Shown in pieces: positions 1 through 8,979 of a DNA stretch of 64,000 nucleotides. The position numbers were made by a program, and so were the translations under genes. Positions within the stretch are counted from its first letter, which is position 1; the number at the start of each line of letters is the position of its first letter. Source of the stretch: Ignavibacteria bacterium UBA2360 (GTDB lineage: Bacteria; Bacteroidota; Ignavibacteria; Tepidaquicellales; OLB5); NCBI GenBank assembly GCA_002344125.1, contig DDTQ01000012.1:424763-488762 (forward strand), written 5' to 3'. Under the pieces are notes generated by a model. The model saw only the letters and a program-made list of their open reading frames with translations, was not told the DNA's origin and ran no database searches.

Positions 1-398
1 CTTGAATCATTTACAAGTATTTCACTCAGCAGCTTCGCCATAAATGAAGCGTCAGTGATTATCTCATACAGCGCAAGCGCTTGCATATCATTTATGTACT
101 GCCTTATAGTTATCAATTCCGTGGAATTCAACTTTTCCTCCGCGCTCTTTAGCTTTCCCGAAAGCCTGCTGTAAACTTCAGAGTTTTCGCTGTCTTGTTC
201 CGTTATTTCATCCAGCGCCTTTTTTAGAAGTAACACTTCATTTTCCGCTTCATCCAGTTTCGTTGTATCTAGAGTGCTGGTATATTTATAATGCAGCTCC
301 CTGTATTTAGTTAAAAGGGGAGTTGCCCTGTGAAGCAGGTCAAGATCAAGCTCCCTCAGTCTGTACTTCTTTCCGTTAAATTCAAATATATTTTCCAT
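1..398 (-). CDS. Phage hypothetical protein, C-terminally truncated by the window edge (coiled-coil; position would fit a tail assembly chaperone)
   Basis: Own translation from ATG at 398..396: MENIFEFNGKKYRLRELDLDLLHRATPLLTKYRELHYKY... It stays open to position 1. It is absent from the ORF track because it has no stop in the window. Confidence 0.35.
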   Translation of the reverse strand, partial: MENIFEFNGKKYRLRELDLDLLHRATPLLTKYRELHYKYTSTLDTTKLDEAENEVLLLKKALDEITEQDSENSEVYSRLSGKLKSAEEKLNSTELITIRQYINDMQALALYEIITDASFMAKLLSEILVNDS

Positions 399-517
399 TT
401 ATTTGTTTTTTTCAATTACTAGTTGTTAATATCTTGTCTTTAATCCTCGATTAAAGATCAGCAATCCGAAATCATGAAACCTGCATCCTGTCAACCTGCC
501 ACCTGTAACCTCAGCAC

Positions 518-1075
518 TTACACCTCCGTCTCCATTATCACATGCTCACGCTCCGCAGGTATGGTAACTGGACCCGCTGCCCTGATATTCACACCCAGCG
601 CGGCTTCAATCGCGGAAATGTTCGCGCCTGATATCACTACAGGTTGTGACTGCACGATCGAAACTGATTCATATTTCATCGCTTTTGTTCCGCCTGGAGT
701 TTTAAAGCTCATTTGTGGAGTCACATCCGCAATCTTAAATACCTCCTGGTGTTTGCCGCCTTTTATACCCTGGTACTTTATCTCAAGGTGCAGCTTGCCC
801 CTTGTGCCGAAGGCAAGGTAATCAGCCAGCAGCTTTGAGCTTTCCATAAGCACGCCCGTTGTTTTGCCTTCGTACTCTTCATCCTGGCCGTAAGTTCTGC
901 CGTCTTCCGCTTTGAATTTTTCGGTCTTGGTCTCAATATCCACCCCCGACTCTAATATCAGTCCGCAGTTCAGCGCGTTTACACCGTTTGTAATGCTTCC
1001 CGGTAATCCAAGCTCGTCGTCAAGCTCAACTATCACCAGCTGGTTACCGCCTTTATCTCTTAATGCTCTTGCCAT
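518..1075 (-). CDS. Phage structural protein, candidate major tail (tube) protein
   Basis: 185-aa ORF following the neck-sized ORFs. Assigned by synteny and size only; no diagnostic motif. Confidence 0.35.
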   Translation of the reverse strand: MARALRDKGGNQLVIVELDDELGLPGSITNGVNALNCGLILESGVDIETKTEKFKAEDGRTYGQDEEYEGKTTGVLMESSKLLADYLAFGTRGKLHLEIKYQGIKGGKHQEVFKIADVTPQMSFKTPGGTKAMKYESVSIVQSQPVVISGANISAIEAALGVNIRAAGPVTIPAEREHVIMETEV

Positions 1076-1080
1076 AATTT

Positions 1081-1122
1081 TTTATAGTTTATAATTTATT
1101 GTTTATAGTTTTCAGTTTTATA
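1081..1122. repeat. 7-nt-period array, 6 units (TTTATAG TTTATAA TTTATTG TTTATAG TTTTCAG TTTTATA)
   Basis: Counted directly; lies in a phage intergenic spacer next to the double-hairpin element. Confidence 0.85.
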
Positions 1123-1127
1123 ATTAA

Positions 1128-1187
1128 TTGCTCACAAGAAAATTACGAAGTAATTTTCGAAGTCCCGCCATGGCGGGATTACTCATT
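1128..1187 (-). repeat. Double-hairpin element, copy 1 (GAAAATTAC-GAA-GTAATTTTC then TCCCGCC-ATG-GCGGGA)
   Basis: About 90 percent identical by eye to 63468..63527; overlaps the stop codon of 1179..1643. Confidence 0.8.
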
Positions 1188-1643
1188 ACTCATACTGAAA
1201 ATCTGCAGCTCAAACCCCACCACTGGAAAAATATACTCACCGCCCTTGTATGCTTTATCTATTTGGCTGATATTGATGCCGCATATGTTTGCGATCGTTA
1301 TTCCGTTGGAAACATACTCCAGCCCTGATTCAGTATTATAATTCAGTATATTACAGAACCTGAATAGCTTGTCATCTATCAGCTTTTTGTAAATTTCAGT
1401 TGATCTTTTATACAGCCTGAAATGAAATTCAAGTTTTACATTTACTGAGATCTCGCCTGCTTCATCATCGCCAAACGCAACTTCACTCAACTTTATGAAA
1501 TATGAATTATCCCTTAAGTTCGCAGGCAGCATATCCGGCTCAAAATTTACATTAACCGGTTTTAATTTTTCCTGTTCGGGCAGAGTGTCATTCATCAAAG
1601 TGATTTTCTCACTAATCCAATCGCAAATTACTTTATAAAGCAT
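1179..1643 (-). CDS. Phage structural hypothetical protein (head-tail joining region)
   Basis: 154-aa ORF, 6-nt gap to the upstream ORF; lies between capsid and tail candidates. Confidence 0.45.
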   Translation of the reverse strand: MLYKVICDWISEKITLMNDTLPEQEKLKPVNVNFEPDMLPANLRDNSYFIKLSEVAFGDDEAGEISVNVKLEFHFRLYKRSTEIYKKLIDDKLFRFCNILNYNTESGLEYVSNGITIANICGINISQIDKAYKGGEYIFPVVGFELQIFSMSNE

Positions 1644-1649
1644 AGTCGT

Positions 1650-2339
1650 CTATTTTAGTATTCTGATGTTTGTTGTTGTATTGTATTCACTTCTGCTCAC
1701 ATGTCCATCGCCATCATCATCTTCCCAGATTTTAATCTTGTTCAGCAGCAATTCGTATTCACTCCTGAAATATTTCATCTTCAGGTGATACTGATCATTT
1801 TCTTCCGTGAAGCGGTCAAGCAGAATTAGCTCGAGCCATTTATACATTACAAGCCGCTCAATGCCGGTATCGCACAGGAACGCTTCGTAATCAATTGCGC
1901 CGCCTGTGATGGTTACCCTGAGTCTGTAGTATAAGTATGAACCCTTAAGCAGGAATGTTACAATTCCAATGGCTTCAGCCTTGCGTGTTTCAAGCTCATA
2001 CCAGCTGCTTTTATCATTGCTGCCTTCCAAAATAAAAGTTTTAAGTCCGCCCGCTGTGAAAACTTTCACATCAAGCACGTAACGCAGCCTTGCTGCTTCA
2101 TCTTCGCCTGTGGGAGCGGTTTGGTGATCTGTCGTTTCGGTAACTCCCGCGTGACGAAGGTACAGCCTTGGCATGATCTCTGCGGGTTTGAACCCGCGGC
2201 TTATAAGCTCAGTTCGCACTTCGCTTAAAGCCTGCAGTTTCTGCATGGAATAATCTTCCTCTTCACTCCACAAAAACCTGTGCAGCTCCGGTATGCAGCT
2301 TTTTAATTCCGTTTCTGTTAAATATTCTTCTAGTGGCAT
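1650..2339 (-). CDS. Phage structural hypothetical protein
   Basis: 229-aa ORF in the structural block, same strand and tight spacing. Confidence 0.45.
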   Translation of the reverse strand: MPLEEYLTETELKSCIPELHRFLWSEEEDYSMQKLQALSEVRTELISRGFKPAEIMPRLYLRHAGVTETTDHQTAPTGEDEAARLRYVLDVKVFTAGGLKTFILEGSNDKSSWYELETRKAEAIGIVTFLLKGSYLYYRLRVTITGGAIDYEAFLCDTGIERLVMYKWLELILLDRFTEENDQYHLKMKYFRSEYELLLNKIKIWEDDDGDGHVSRSEYNTTTNIRILK

Positions 2340-2389
2340 AGTTTGTAAGTGTTAATTTGTTTTTTTATGCTTGCGGAAAAACTGTTTTT

Positions 2390-2755
2390 TTACCTGTTCT
2401 TCTTTTCGCTTTGTTTTGTATTCTTCCCGAAAAACTTCTTTCTGAAATCAGCTATCTGTTTTTCATTCATCAGAATTACTCCCGCTGAAACCAGCTGGAA
2501 AAGCTGCGTATCACTCAGGTTCTCGAATTTGCCTGATGCCGTCTTCTCACCATTGATAAGCACGAATCCCTCTTCTTTTATTAGCCTGATCTTCTCATTG
2601 CGGCTGTTGAATCCTTCACCGAATAAATGTGATACCACCATAATGTTATCACCTTCAATAACCGCGCTGTAACCCATTGGTGAATTCAGTATAGAAGGAT
2701 TGATATCATATATTTCGTTTTTACCCGGGGATTCATTTATGTTTGTATTACTCAT
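2390..2755 (-). CDS. Phage hypothetical protein
   Basis: 121-aa ORF, first gene after the capsid gene. A 340-nt repeat-filled spacer separates the two. Confidence 0.4.
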   Translation of the reverse strand: MSNTNINESPGKNEIYDINPSILNSPMGYSAVIEGDNIMVVSHLFGEGFNSRNEKIRLIKEEGFVLINGEKTASGKFENLSDTQLFQLVSAGVILMNEKQIADFRKKFFGKNTKQSEKKNR

Positions 2756-2786
2756 TATATCTTTCTTTGATGTTGTTTAATATTTA

Positions 2787-3090
2787 CCTCTCCCTGCCCG
2801 TTTTTATTGAGCAGGGGAGGAATTTAAAGTAAGGGTGAAAATTCTTTTGCTGATATGTTCACTTTGCTGTGATCTTGATTACTCTTCCCCCCCTTTCCCT
2901 CCTGCTAGGAGTAGGGCAGAAGGTGAGGTCAGCTTTTATTCAGATTACTTTGCCACCCTCTCCCTTGACTGCCTAAGCAGTTTTTTTTGGAGATGGCCAG
3001 GGGTCAAACCAATCATTGACCCCAACTCGATAATCTTGAATATTTTGCCCCCCTCTCCTGCTAGGAGAGGGGTAGGGGGTGAGGTTTATC
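2787..3090 (+). repeat. Cluster of four C-arm/G-arm hairpin elements in the capsid-downstream spacer
   Basis: 2787-2820 CCTCTCCCTGC…GCAGGGGAGG; 2887-2930 …CCCTCCTGCTAGGAGTAGGGCAGAAGGTGAGGTC; 2951-3010 with mini-palindrome GACTGCCTAAGCAGT at 2967-2981; 3047-3090 CCCCTCTCCTGCTAGGAGAGGGGTAGGGGGTGAGGTTTATC. Confidence 0.75.
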
Positions 3091-3095
3091 ACCTT

Positions 3096-4109
3096 TTACT
3101 CAGTTTTCAGTTCAGCTACCCTTATGAGTTTATCGGGTGCCACCTTTGACCAGTTACTTCCTGTTGCAAGCTGCGCTAAGGTCGGATTCTCAGGCGCGGC
3201 ATCCGCCCAGGCTACGCCCGGGGTATGCACCATACATGATACCCTGGTAATTATTTCATCTGTTCCCCCCGCCTGCTTCGCGTCGCGGGTCAGCTCAAGA
3301 TAAATTCCGCCGGTCTTTACAACATTGCGGTTTGTCATCGCGCTGCCGGGTCTGTTGCGAAGCTTGTACACCATTGAACCTCTTCCGCCGAGGAAAGTTG
3401 AATACACTCCCGCTGTTGCTGTAAGGTCATCATCAGCGTAGGGCATCAACCCGAGTATCTGGCCCGGATTGCCCGTTACGAATGTATTGTTGCCAACCGG
3501 ACCCGCCGGGAAGGTTATTAGATTATTTGTCACCGCATCCCCGTGTACTTTTGAGTGCATCAATATAAGGCTGAGCATTCTGTGCCAGTCGCCCAGCTTG
3601 TATTTTGCCGCCAGTACTCCCGCGTTTGAAATTGTATCACCTGAATATGTGTTGCCTGTTGAGTGGCTTGATGCAAGTGCGGTGGCAAAATTGCCTTTTA
3701 GAATATTGATCGCCCTTTTCTGCAGCGCGTACGCCCAGTATTCACCGATGTGAACCGCAATTTCTTCGATCATATCGTTACCTCTGCCTGCAACCGTGTT
3801 CACAAGCTCCTGCGCGCCCCAGCCCTTTTCAAGTTCCATCCATGAAAACCGGTCCTTGTATGCTGAAAGCTTGTTTATCGGAGTTGTTGAAGATGTTGTT
3901 ATCTGGTCGGGATCGCTGGTATCCGTGTTCCATTGAGGCAGATTGCCGAATGTTCCTGTCTGGTTGGGATCAACAACCTCATCAGGCGCCTCAGTCATAA
4001 AACCTGATCCGAAAAAACTTAATGCCTTGGTAAATGTTCCGCGCAGTGTGGCTTTAAAGGTCTCACTCTGGAATTTACCCGCTAGATCATCCAATGTTAA
4101 TGATGCCAT
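3096..4109 (-). CDS. Phage major capsid protein
   Basis: 337-aa ORF directly after the scaffold-like ORF; canonical order terS-terL-portal-scaffold-capsid. Confidence 0.7.
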   Translation of the reverse strand: MASLTLDDLAGKFQSETFKATLRGTFTKALSFFGSGFMTEAPDEVVDPNQTGTFGNLPQWNTDTSDPDQITTSSTTPINKLSAYKDRFSWMELEKGWGAQELVNTVAGRGNDMIEEIAVHIGEYWAYALQKRAINILKGNFATALASSHSTGNTYSGDTISNAGVLAAKYKLGDWHRMLSLILMHSKVHGDAVTNNLITFPAGPVGNNTFVTGNPGQILGLMPYADDDLTATAGVYSTFLGGRGSMVYKLRNRPGSAMTNRNVVKTGGIYLELTRDAKQAGGTDEIITRVSCMVHTPGVAWADAAPENPTLAQLATGSNWSKVAPDKLIRVAELKTE

Positions 4110-4154
4110 AAGATTACTTTCTGTTTTTAGTTTGTAAAAGTGTTAGTTAGTATG

Positions 4155-4202
4155 GTGAAATATTCAAATAGTGAAATATTGAAATAGTGAAATTGTTTAG
4201 TG
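4155..4202. repeat. 16-nt tandem repeat GTGAAATATTSAAATA x about 3
   Basis: Units at 4155-4170, 4171-4186 and 4187-4202 (the third is diverged). Confidence 0.8.
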
Positions 4203-4225
4203 TAAGATAATTAATCAACTTCTAA

Positions 4226-4260
4226 TTGTTCATTGATCATTGTTCATTGTTCATTGTTAA
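4226..4260 (-). repeat. 7-nt-period array, 5 units (plus strand TTGTTCA TTGATCA TTGTTCA TTGTTCA TTGTTAA) spanning the scaffold gene stop codon
   Basis: The stop TGA (4246..4244) lies inside unit 3. The last two units encode …NNEQ. Confidence 0.85.
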
Positions 4261-4762
4261 ACCCAAATTTCTCTCTATACAACTTCCGCCAGAGTTCCGG
4301 CCTTTTTTTGCGGAGCTCCTCCTTTTCATTGTAGCTAAGCTCATCCCATTTACTGTTGAAGTTATCTCCTGTGCCTGTTCCCGGCCGGTTGGAATCACTC
4401 CCCGCAGGCGGCTTTGCCGCGTTGAGCTTAACATATTCCTTCAGCCCTTCTATGGTGGGTATCAGCTCCGCGATCTTCTTATGTTCTTCCGGCAGCTGTT
4501 CGTAGAATTGCTGCTTAACATTTCCTTCAAGGTCTGCGAATCTTTGAGCAAGCTCTTCCTTTTCACCGGTCAACGCGTTTACACTACCTTCAAGCTCCTT
4601 TATCCTGCCTTCTGACTTCCCCGAACTTTCTTTAAGTTTCATAAATTCGTTTGAGTCATTTACAAGCTTTTCATGCTCCGCTTTTGTTATGGTGATGTCC
4701 TCTTCCGGAGTTGAACCGCCTCCGCCTTGAGAACTATCACCACTGTTAAATGTTATTTCCAT
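4244..4762 (-). CDS. Phage scaffolding protein
   Basis: 172 aa, Gly/acidic N-terminus then a long charged coiled-coil (…KELEGSVNALTGEKEELAQRFADLEGNVKQ…); lies between portal and capsid. Confidence 0.6.
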   Translation of the reverse strand: MEITFNSGDSSQGGGGSTPEEDITITKAEHEKLVNDSNEFMKLKESSGKSEGRIKELEGSVNALTGEKEELAQRFADLEGNVKQQFYEQLPEEHKKIAELIPTIEGLKEYVKLNAAKPPAGSDSNRPGTGTGDNFNSKWDELSYNEKEELRKKRPELWRKLYREKFGFNNEQ

Positions 4763-4899
4763 GGTTATTTATTAGTGTTATTAAGATTATTTTCTATTTA
4801 ATTATCAGTTTCGACTCCCGCTTACTAAGGGGGGATCTTGCTTTAGCAGGGAGGGGGTCTTATTTAATTTTATTTTTAAGTTTGTTCATAATTCTGCAT

Positions 4900-6264
4900 T
4901 CATGCCTCTGCATTGCTCCGCTCTTTCCTTACCCTGATTATCTCCTTCGCTTCATCTTCGCTTACTTCAAGTTCTTCCGCGGCAATATCGATCGTATCTT
5001 TGTAGCCGAAATTTATTGCCATATCGTACCGCTTCCGTTTATCGTCAATTGTCTCAAACATATCAGCTTCTGTAAATCTCACATCAAACTTTCCATCCGC
5101 AGGCAAAGCCTGCTTTGGATTGTAGCAATTCCACACCATCGTTATAACTCTTAGAAGCTCAGCCATAAAATGGTGCAGCGTTGTTTTATATTCTTCCCTG
5201 CGTTCAAATAGTTCAAGTTCATCTATCTTCTTAGCCGCTCCTGATTCAGCTGTTACTTCTGTGCTTGCGGAATTCCCACCGATAGCTTCGCTGCTGAGTA
5301 CCAGTTTATTATGCCAGTCAATGTTATCTCTCACCGCGCCGTAATCAGCATTGGAAATTATGCTTTCTATTTTCGGTTCCTTATCATCATCCTTTACATT
5401 ATTTATCTGCTTAAAATCTCCTGCTTTGAATGATTCACCCGCAGTGAAATTGGTATTAATTCCAAGGTAGATCTGGTGCAGCGTCTTAAGTTCCGTTTCA
5501 TTCAGATCGGTAAGCCTGATATCCAGGTTTTTCTGATGAAGGAAAATATTCCAGTTAGGCTCACCAAAATAATCTTCACCTTCCTCTATCCTCAGCGCTG
5601 CAAAGGGAAGCGAGCTGCTTTTGCTTGCCGGGTTGTAATATGGATTCACCATCTCACTGTTGTTTTCAGGGGGAATTATTGCATCACCCTTAACAAGGTA
5701 GTGTCCCGTTTCGCTCCAAACCGACCAGTATATCTCACCGGCTTTATCAGCCTTGCGTACCGCAATTACCGATTTCTCCAGGTAGTCACCTCCTGTTTCA
5801 ACTGTGTAATTGTTGGGTGTAACTATATCTATCCTTATCCGCTGCATCTCATGATCCCATATTACATTCGCTTCAACAGTATTAAAGTAAACAGCCTTTC
5901 GGAACGCCTCTTTAATTTTCTGTACAAACCTGCATTCGGTCAATAGTTCGGTTAACAAATCCTGCTGACTTTTCTCAGCCTCAACATGCTTAATTACCGG
6001 ATCTTTCGTAAATATTCCGCTCGTTATCCTGTTAATTATTTTTTTGATTATGTTTATATGCCTGAACCTGAGATCCTTAAGAGTTTCTTCTGAAAATGGG
6101 TTGTTCAAAGTCGCTTCGCGAAGGTATGAGCAAATAGTTTCATAATCGTTGTTATAAAAGGCTGCGAATTCTTCGTGAATTGCCAATCTGTGGATTTCAC
6201 TTTTCTTTAAAGCTGTGGTGAATGCTTTGTTAAGTTCACTGAAAATATTTCCTGTTAAGAGCAT
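4900..6264 (-). CDS. Phage portal protein
   Basis: 454-aa ORF immediately downstream of the large terminase; size and position are typical of a portal. Confidence 0.65.
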   Translation of the reverse strand: MLLTGNIFSELNKAFTTALKKSEIHRLAIHEEFAAFYNNDYETICSYLREATLNNPFSEETLKDLRFRHINIIKKIINRITSGIFTKDPVIKHVEAEKSQQDLLTELLTECRFVQKIKEAFRKAVYFNTVEANVIWDHEMQRIRIDIVTPNNYTVETGGDYLEKSVIAVRKADKAGEIYWSVWSETGHYLVKGDAIIPPENNSEMVNPYYNPASKSSSLPFAALRIEEGEDYFGEPNWNIFLHQKNLDIRLTDLNETELKTLHQIYLGINTNFTAGESFKAGDFKQINNVKDDDKEPKIESIISNADYGAVRDNIDWHNKLVLSSEAIGGNSASTEVTAESGAAKKIDELELFERREEYKTTLHHFMAELLRVITMVWNCYNPKQALPADGKFDVRFTEADMFETIDDKRKRYDMAINFGYKDTIDIAAEELEVSEDEAKEIIRVRKERSNAEA

Positions 6265-6284
6265 AGTTGGTTATATTAATGTTA

Positions 6285-7619
6285 TTATATTGTTCTGAAT
6301 GATACTGCTTCCGGTCTCCCTCGAATTGAGTATTCATACTCATTGTAGTAATCCACAGCGCGGCATAAATGAGTTCTCAACGGGTCCCTTTCATCAAGTT
6401 CTCTGCCGTTATCTTTCCATGCGCAGTATTCCCAGTCCTTGATAAGCTCCGCGCAGTTTACAGGATCCGCGTACTGCCGTATCTCTTCCTTTGAATTACA
6501 CAGCTGCGCGTTTGTTGCTCCTATTGAATCGCGGATTGAAATGCATGGCTTTATCCTTTTTTCGATTCTTGTTTTCCGGCTGAAATAATTCTCAATTATT
6601 TCCCAGTCGCTTGTGCTGGAATTTGATGTATGCTTCCGGCCGGCGTAATCACCATAAAAAATTATCTGTTTCGGGTAGCCGCACTGCAGTGACTGCAGAT
6701 GTTCCTCGTCCAGTATCCTGCACATTGTTAAGGTGTTTGTGTACTGGAACGATAGTGCTTTATGCCAGTATGTTATTTCTGTATTCCCTTGTTTATGCCT
6801 TTGGCCTACTACCCAGCTCATGGGTTTTTCCTGCGCGTTAAAATCACATGCCACTATTACCGGCAGGTGTGGCAAAAATTCCATTCGTTTGTTGTTCTTT
6901 TCTGTGTAGCTGTAATATGGCCGCTGTGTCGCGGTTTCAAATGAGGCTTTGTATTCTCGCTCATAATCAGGTTTTGCAAGATTTGCCTTTGCTTCCTCTA
7001 TCTGTTCCGCGCTCAATATATCCTCGCTTGTCCAGTGATAAGAACTCCAGCCCTTTTGCTTCTTTTTGCCTTTTAGAAAATCATCAAAGAAGTGGTTTTT
7101 ACCGAAAGGTCTGCCTTCCTTAATGCACCAGCCCCGGGTATCGTTTATCATCGGTTCAATTGATTCATTGTAAACTCCCGGGTCGCAATCCTGGTATTCT
7201 GAAAGAACTATGCCGTGCATCAACTGCCCCTGCACCCGCTTGAATTCTTTCAGACCGATAACACGCAGTGTTGATCCGTTTACAAAGGTTATCTTTAGTG
7301 AAGTTTCATTCACATTTAATACAAACTCCGGGTGCGATAGTTTTTTGAAGTCATCCCAGAAGATTTCCTTTGCCTGCTGCCTGGTAGGTGCCCCCGCGAA
7401 ATACCGTTTACTGTAGTTCCTTGAACGCACGCAGCTTTTGATAAGCAGCCTCTTGGCGAATCTTTCTGTTTTGAACGATCTTCTGCCTGCGGCTATAATG
7501 AAATTTCTGTACTTTTCTGAATCTATATCTGAATCAAGCATTACTTGTACGGGATGTTCCCTGGCTCTTTTATTTATTTCAAACCATCTGTTTGTAAGAT
7601 AGGATGGGTTATTGTTCAT
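6285..7619 (-). CDS. Phage terminase large subunit
   Basis: 444 aa; Walker-A-like AAGRRSFKTE, acidic GIVLSEYQD, C-terminal nuclease-like half (VACDFN…); follows the small-terminase-like ORF. Confidence 0.8.
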   Translation of the reverse strand: MNNNPSYLTNRWFEINKRAREHPVQVMLDSDIDSEKYRNFIIAAGRRSFKTERFAKRLLIKSCVRSRNYSKRYFAGAPTRQQAKEIFWDDFKKLSHPEFVLNVNETSLKITFVNGSTLRVIGLKEFKRVQGQLMHGIVLSEYQDCDPGVYNESIEPMINDTRGWCIKEGRPFGKNHFFDDFLKGKKKQKGWSSYHWTSEDILSAEQIEEAKANLAKPDYEREYKASFETATQRPYYSYTEKNNKRMEFLPHLPVIVACDFNAQEKPMSWVVGQRHKQGNTEITYWHKALSFQYTNTLTMCRILDEEHLQSLQCGYPKQIIFYGDYAGRKHTSNSSTSDWEIIENYFSRKTRIEKRIKPCISIRDSIGATNAQLCNSKEEIRQYADPVNCAELIKDWEYCAWKDNGRELDERDPLRTHLCRAVDYYNEYEYSIRGRPEAVSFRTI

Positions 7620-7638
7620 ATTTTTTTGTCCTGCAGTG

Positions 7639-8124
7639 TTAAGAGTTAACCTTCATTTCGTCTTCTGCTGTTTTGTTCTTCTTCAGGAAATCTTCGTATG
7701 ACCCCTTGTTATCGGCAGCAGCCGGATTCTTTGTCCATCTTGCGCCATCCCTGTTTGTAAGCCATGCCAGTATTGCCGCCAGATCAGGATGAACCGTCTT
7801 TGTCACAATACGCACTTCTTTAAGTATTGTATTATCCTCATCAGTTCCTTCTTCTGAGGGAACGCGAATCAGCTGTTTTTCTGTGACTTCATATCCCATT
7901 GCTCTTTTTATGAACGCTTCTTCTATTGCTATCTGCACCCTTAGTTCCGCAATTTCTGAATCACGTTTAAATGCGGCCGATTTTTTCGCGTATCTTTCGA
8001 TCGTGCCTTCACTCTGGCCCAGCAGTTTTTCTATCTGAAGTAAACTCAATCCAAACTTAGCAAGCTCTATCGCTTTTTTAGCCGTTTCAGTGGTAATTTT
8101 TGTCAGTATCTCTTTTATCGCCAT
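7639..8124 (-). CDS. Phage terminase small subunit (HTH DNA-binding)
   Basis: 161 aa; N-terminal HTH-like LSLLQIEKLLGQSEGTIERYAK; first gene of the packaging block. Confidence 0.55.
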   Translation of the reverse strand: MAIKEILTKITTETAKKAIELAKFGLSLLQIEKLLGQSEGTIERYAKKSAAFKRDSEIAELRVQIAIEEAFIKRAMGYEVTEKQLIRVPSEEGTDEDNTILKEVRIVTKTVHPDLAAILAWLTNRDGARWTKNPAAADNKGSYEDFLKKNKTAEDEMKVNS

Positions 8125-8209
8125 AAGGGTATTTTGTGAAATTGTTTTGTGATTTAGTTTAAGGATTTTATTCTTATATTTGTAAAAGTATCAAATCAAC
8201 CTTACAAAG

Positions 8210-8230
8210 ATATATGCAAATTGCATATAT
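8210..8230. promoter_or_regulatory. Candidate operator: perfect 10-1-10 palindrome ATATATGCAA-A-TTGCATATAT in the divergent terS/repressor spacer
   Basis: Read directly from the sequence. A related half-site, GTGCAATATGT, follows at about 8236. Confidence 0.45.
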
Positions 8231-8295
8231 GTCAAGTGCAATATGTGGTAATAGCAAATATATTTTCATAACTTATTGTTATATAGTAATTAAAT

Positions 8296-8970
8296 ATGAA
8301 GAAAAAAAGCAAAAAAGACCGCTCGCTTACCCGGAAGATCAACGACAGACTTTTCCCTATGCTGGCGGCAAAGGGGATCAACTCAATTTACGCTCTCGCT
8401 AACAGCATTGATGAAAATGCCGGTTCGCTCAGCAAGATCAAAAGGGGCTTAAGCGACTGGACAATTGACCAGCTCGAAAAGATCAGGCTTATTCACGGCA
8501 TTTCGGTTGATTCAATGTTCGGGGCTGAACACAAAAACAGGGCCGAGAGCGAAAGCAAAAGCATTAAATTCCGGCGCGTGCCTGTACTTGGCTATGCGGA
8601 GTGCGGGTCGCCTTCTGCTACATGGCTGGATAATGCCGTTAAGATCACAGATCTCTCAGATACCGGCTCCATGATAAATCCCTTTATCCTTATTGCCAAA
8701 GGTGACTCAATGAAACCATACATTAACCCCGGTGATAAGCTGCTCTGCAGCGAACACACCGAAAAGATCAAGGATAATACTGCCGTGGTTGCCGTGTTCA
8801 AATCAATGCCCGATACCATAGAAGCTAATGCCAAACTTATCAGCTGGGATAGAAAGAAGAAACTCATCACTCTTTACAGCATTAACACAAAATATCCGCC
8901 CACGAACCATTTGGAAAGCGAGTTTGTTAAGATATATAAACTGAACCGTATAATACGTGATGTAAAATAA
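8296..8970 (+). CDS. CI/LexA-like phage repressor (HTH + S24 peptidase)
   Basis: 224 aa; C-terminal S24 signature AKGDSMKP with a downstream Lys region; N-terminal HTH-like segment; divergent from the packaging genes. Confidence 0.8.
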   Translation: MKKKSKKDRSLTRKINDRLFPMLAAKGINSIYALANSIDENAGSLSKIKRGLSDWTIDQLEKIRLIHGISVDSMFGAEHKNRAESESKSIKFRRVPVLGYAECGSPSATWLDNAVKITDLSDTGSMINPFILIAKGDSMKPYINPGDKLLCSEHTEKIKDNTAVVAVFKSMPDTIEANAKLISWDRKKKLITLYSINTKYPPTNHLESEFVKIYKLNRIIRDVK

Positions 8971-8979
8971 AATGACCTG

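Noticed and set aside
474-1094. Plus-strand ORFs 474..821 and 912..1094, and similar antisense ORFs inside long genes throughout the track (for example within ccoNO, ccoI, dnaE, glmS)
   Set aside because: Each is fully embedded antisense to, or out of frame with, a much longer gene that has clear homology-type motifs. These are typical shadow ORFs.
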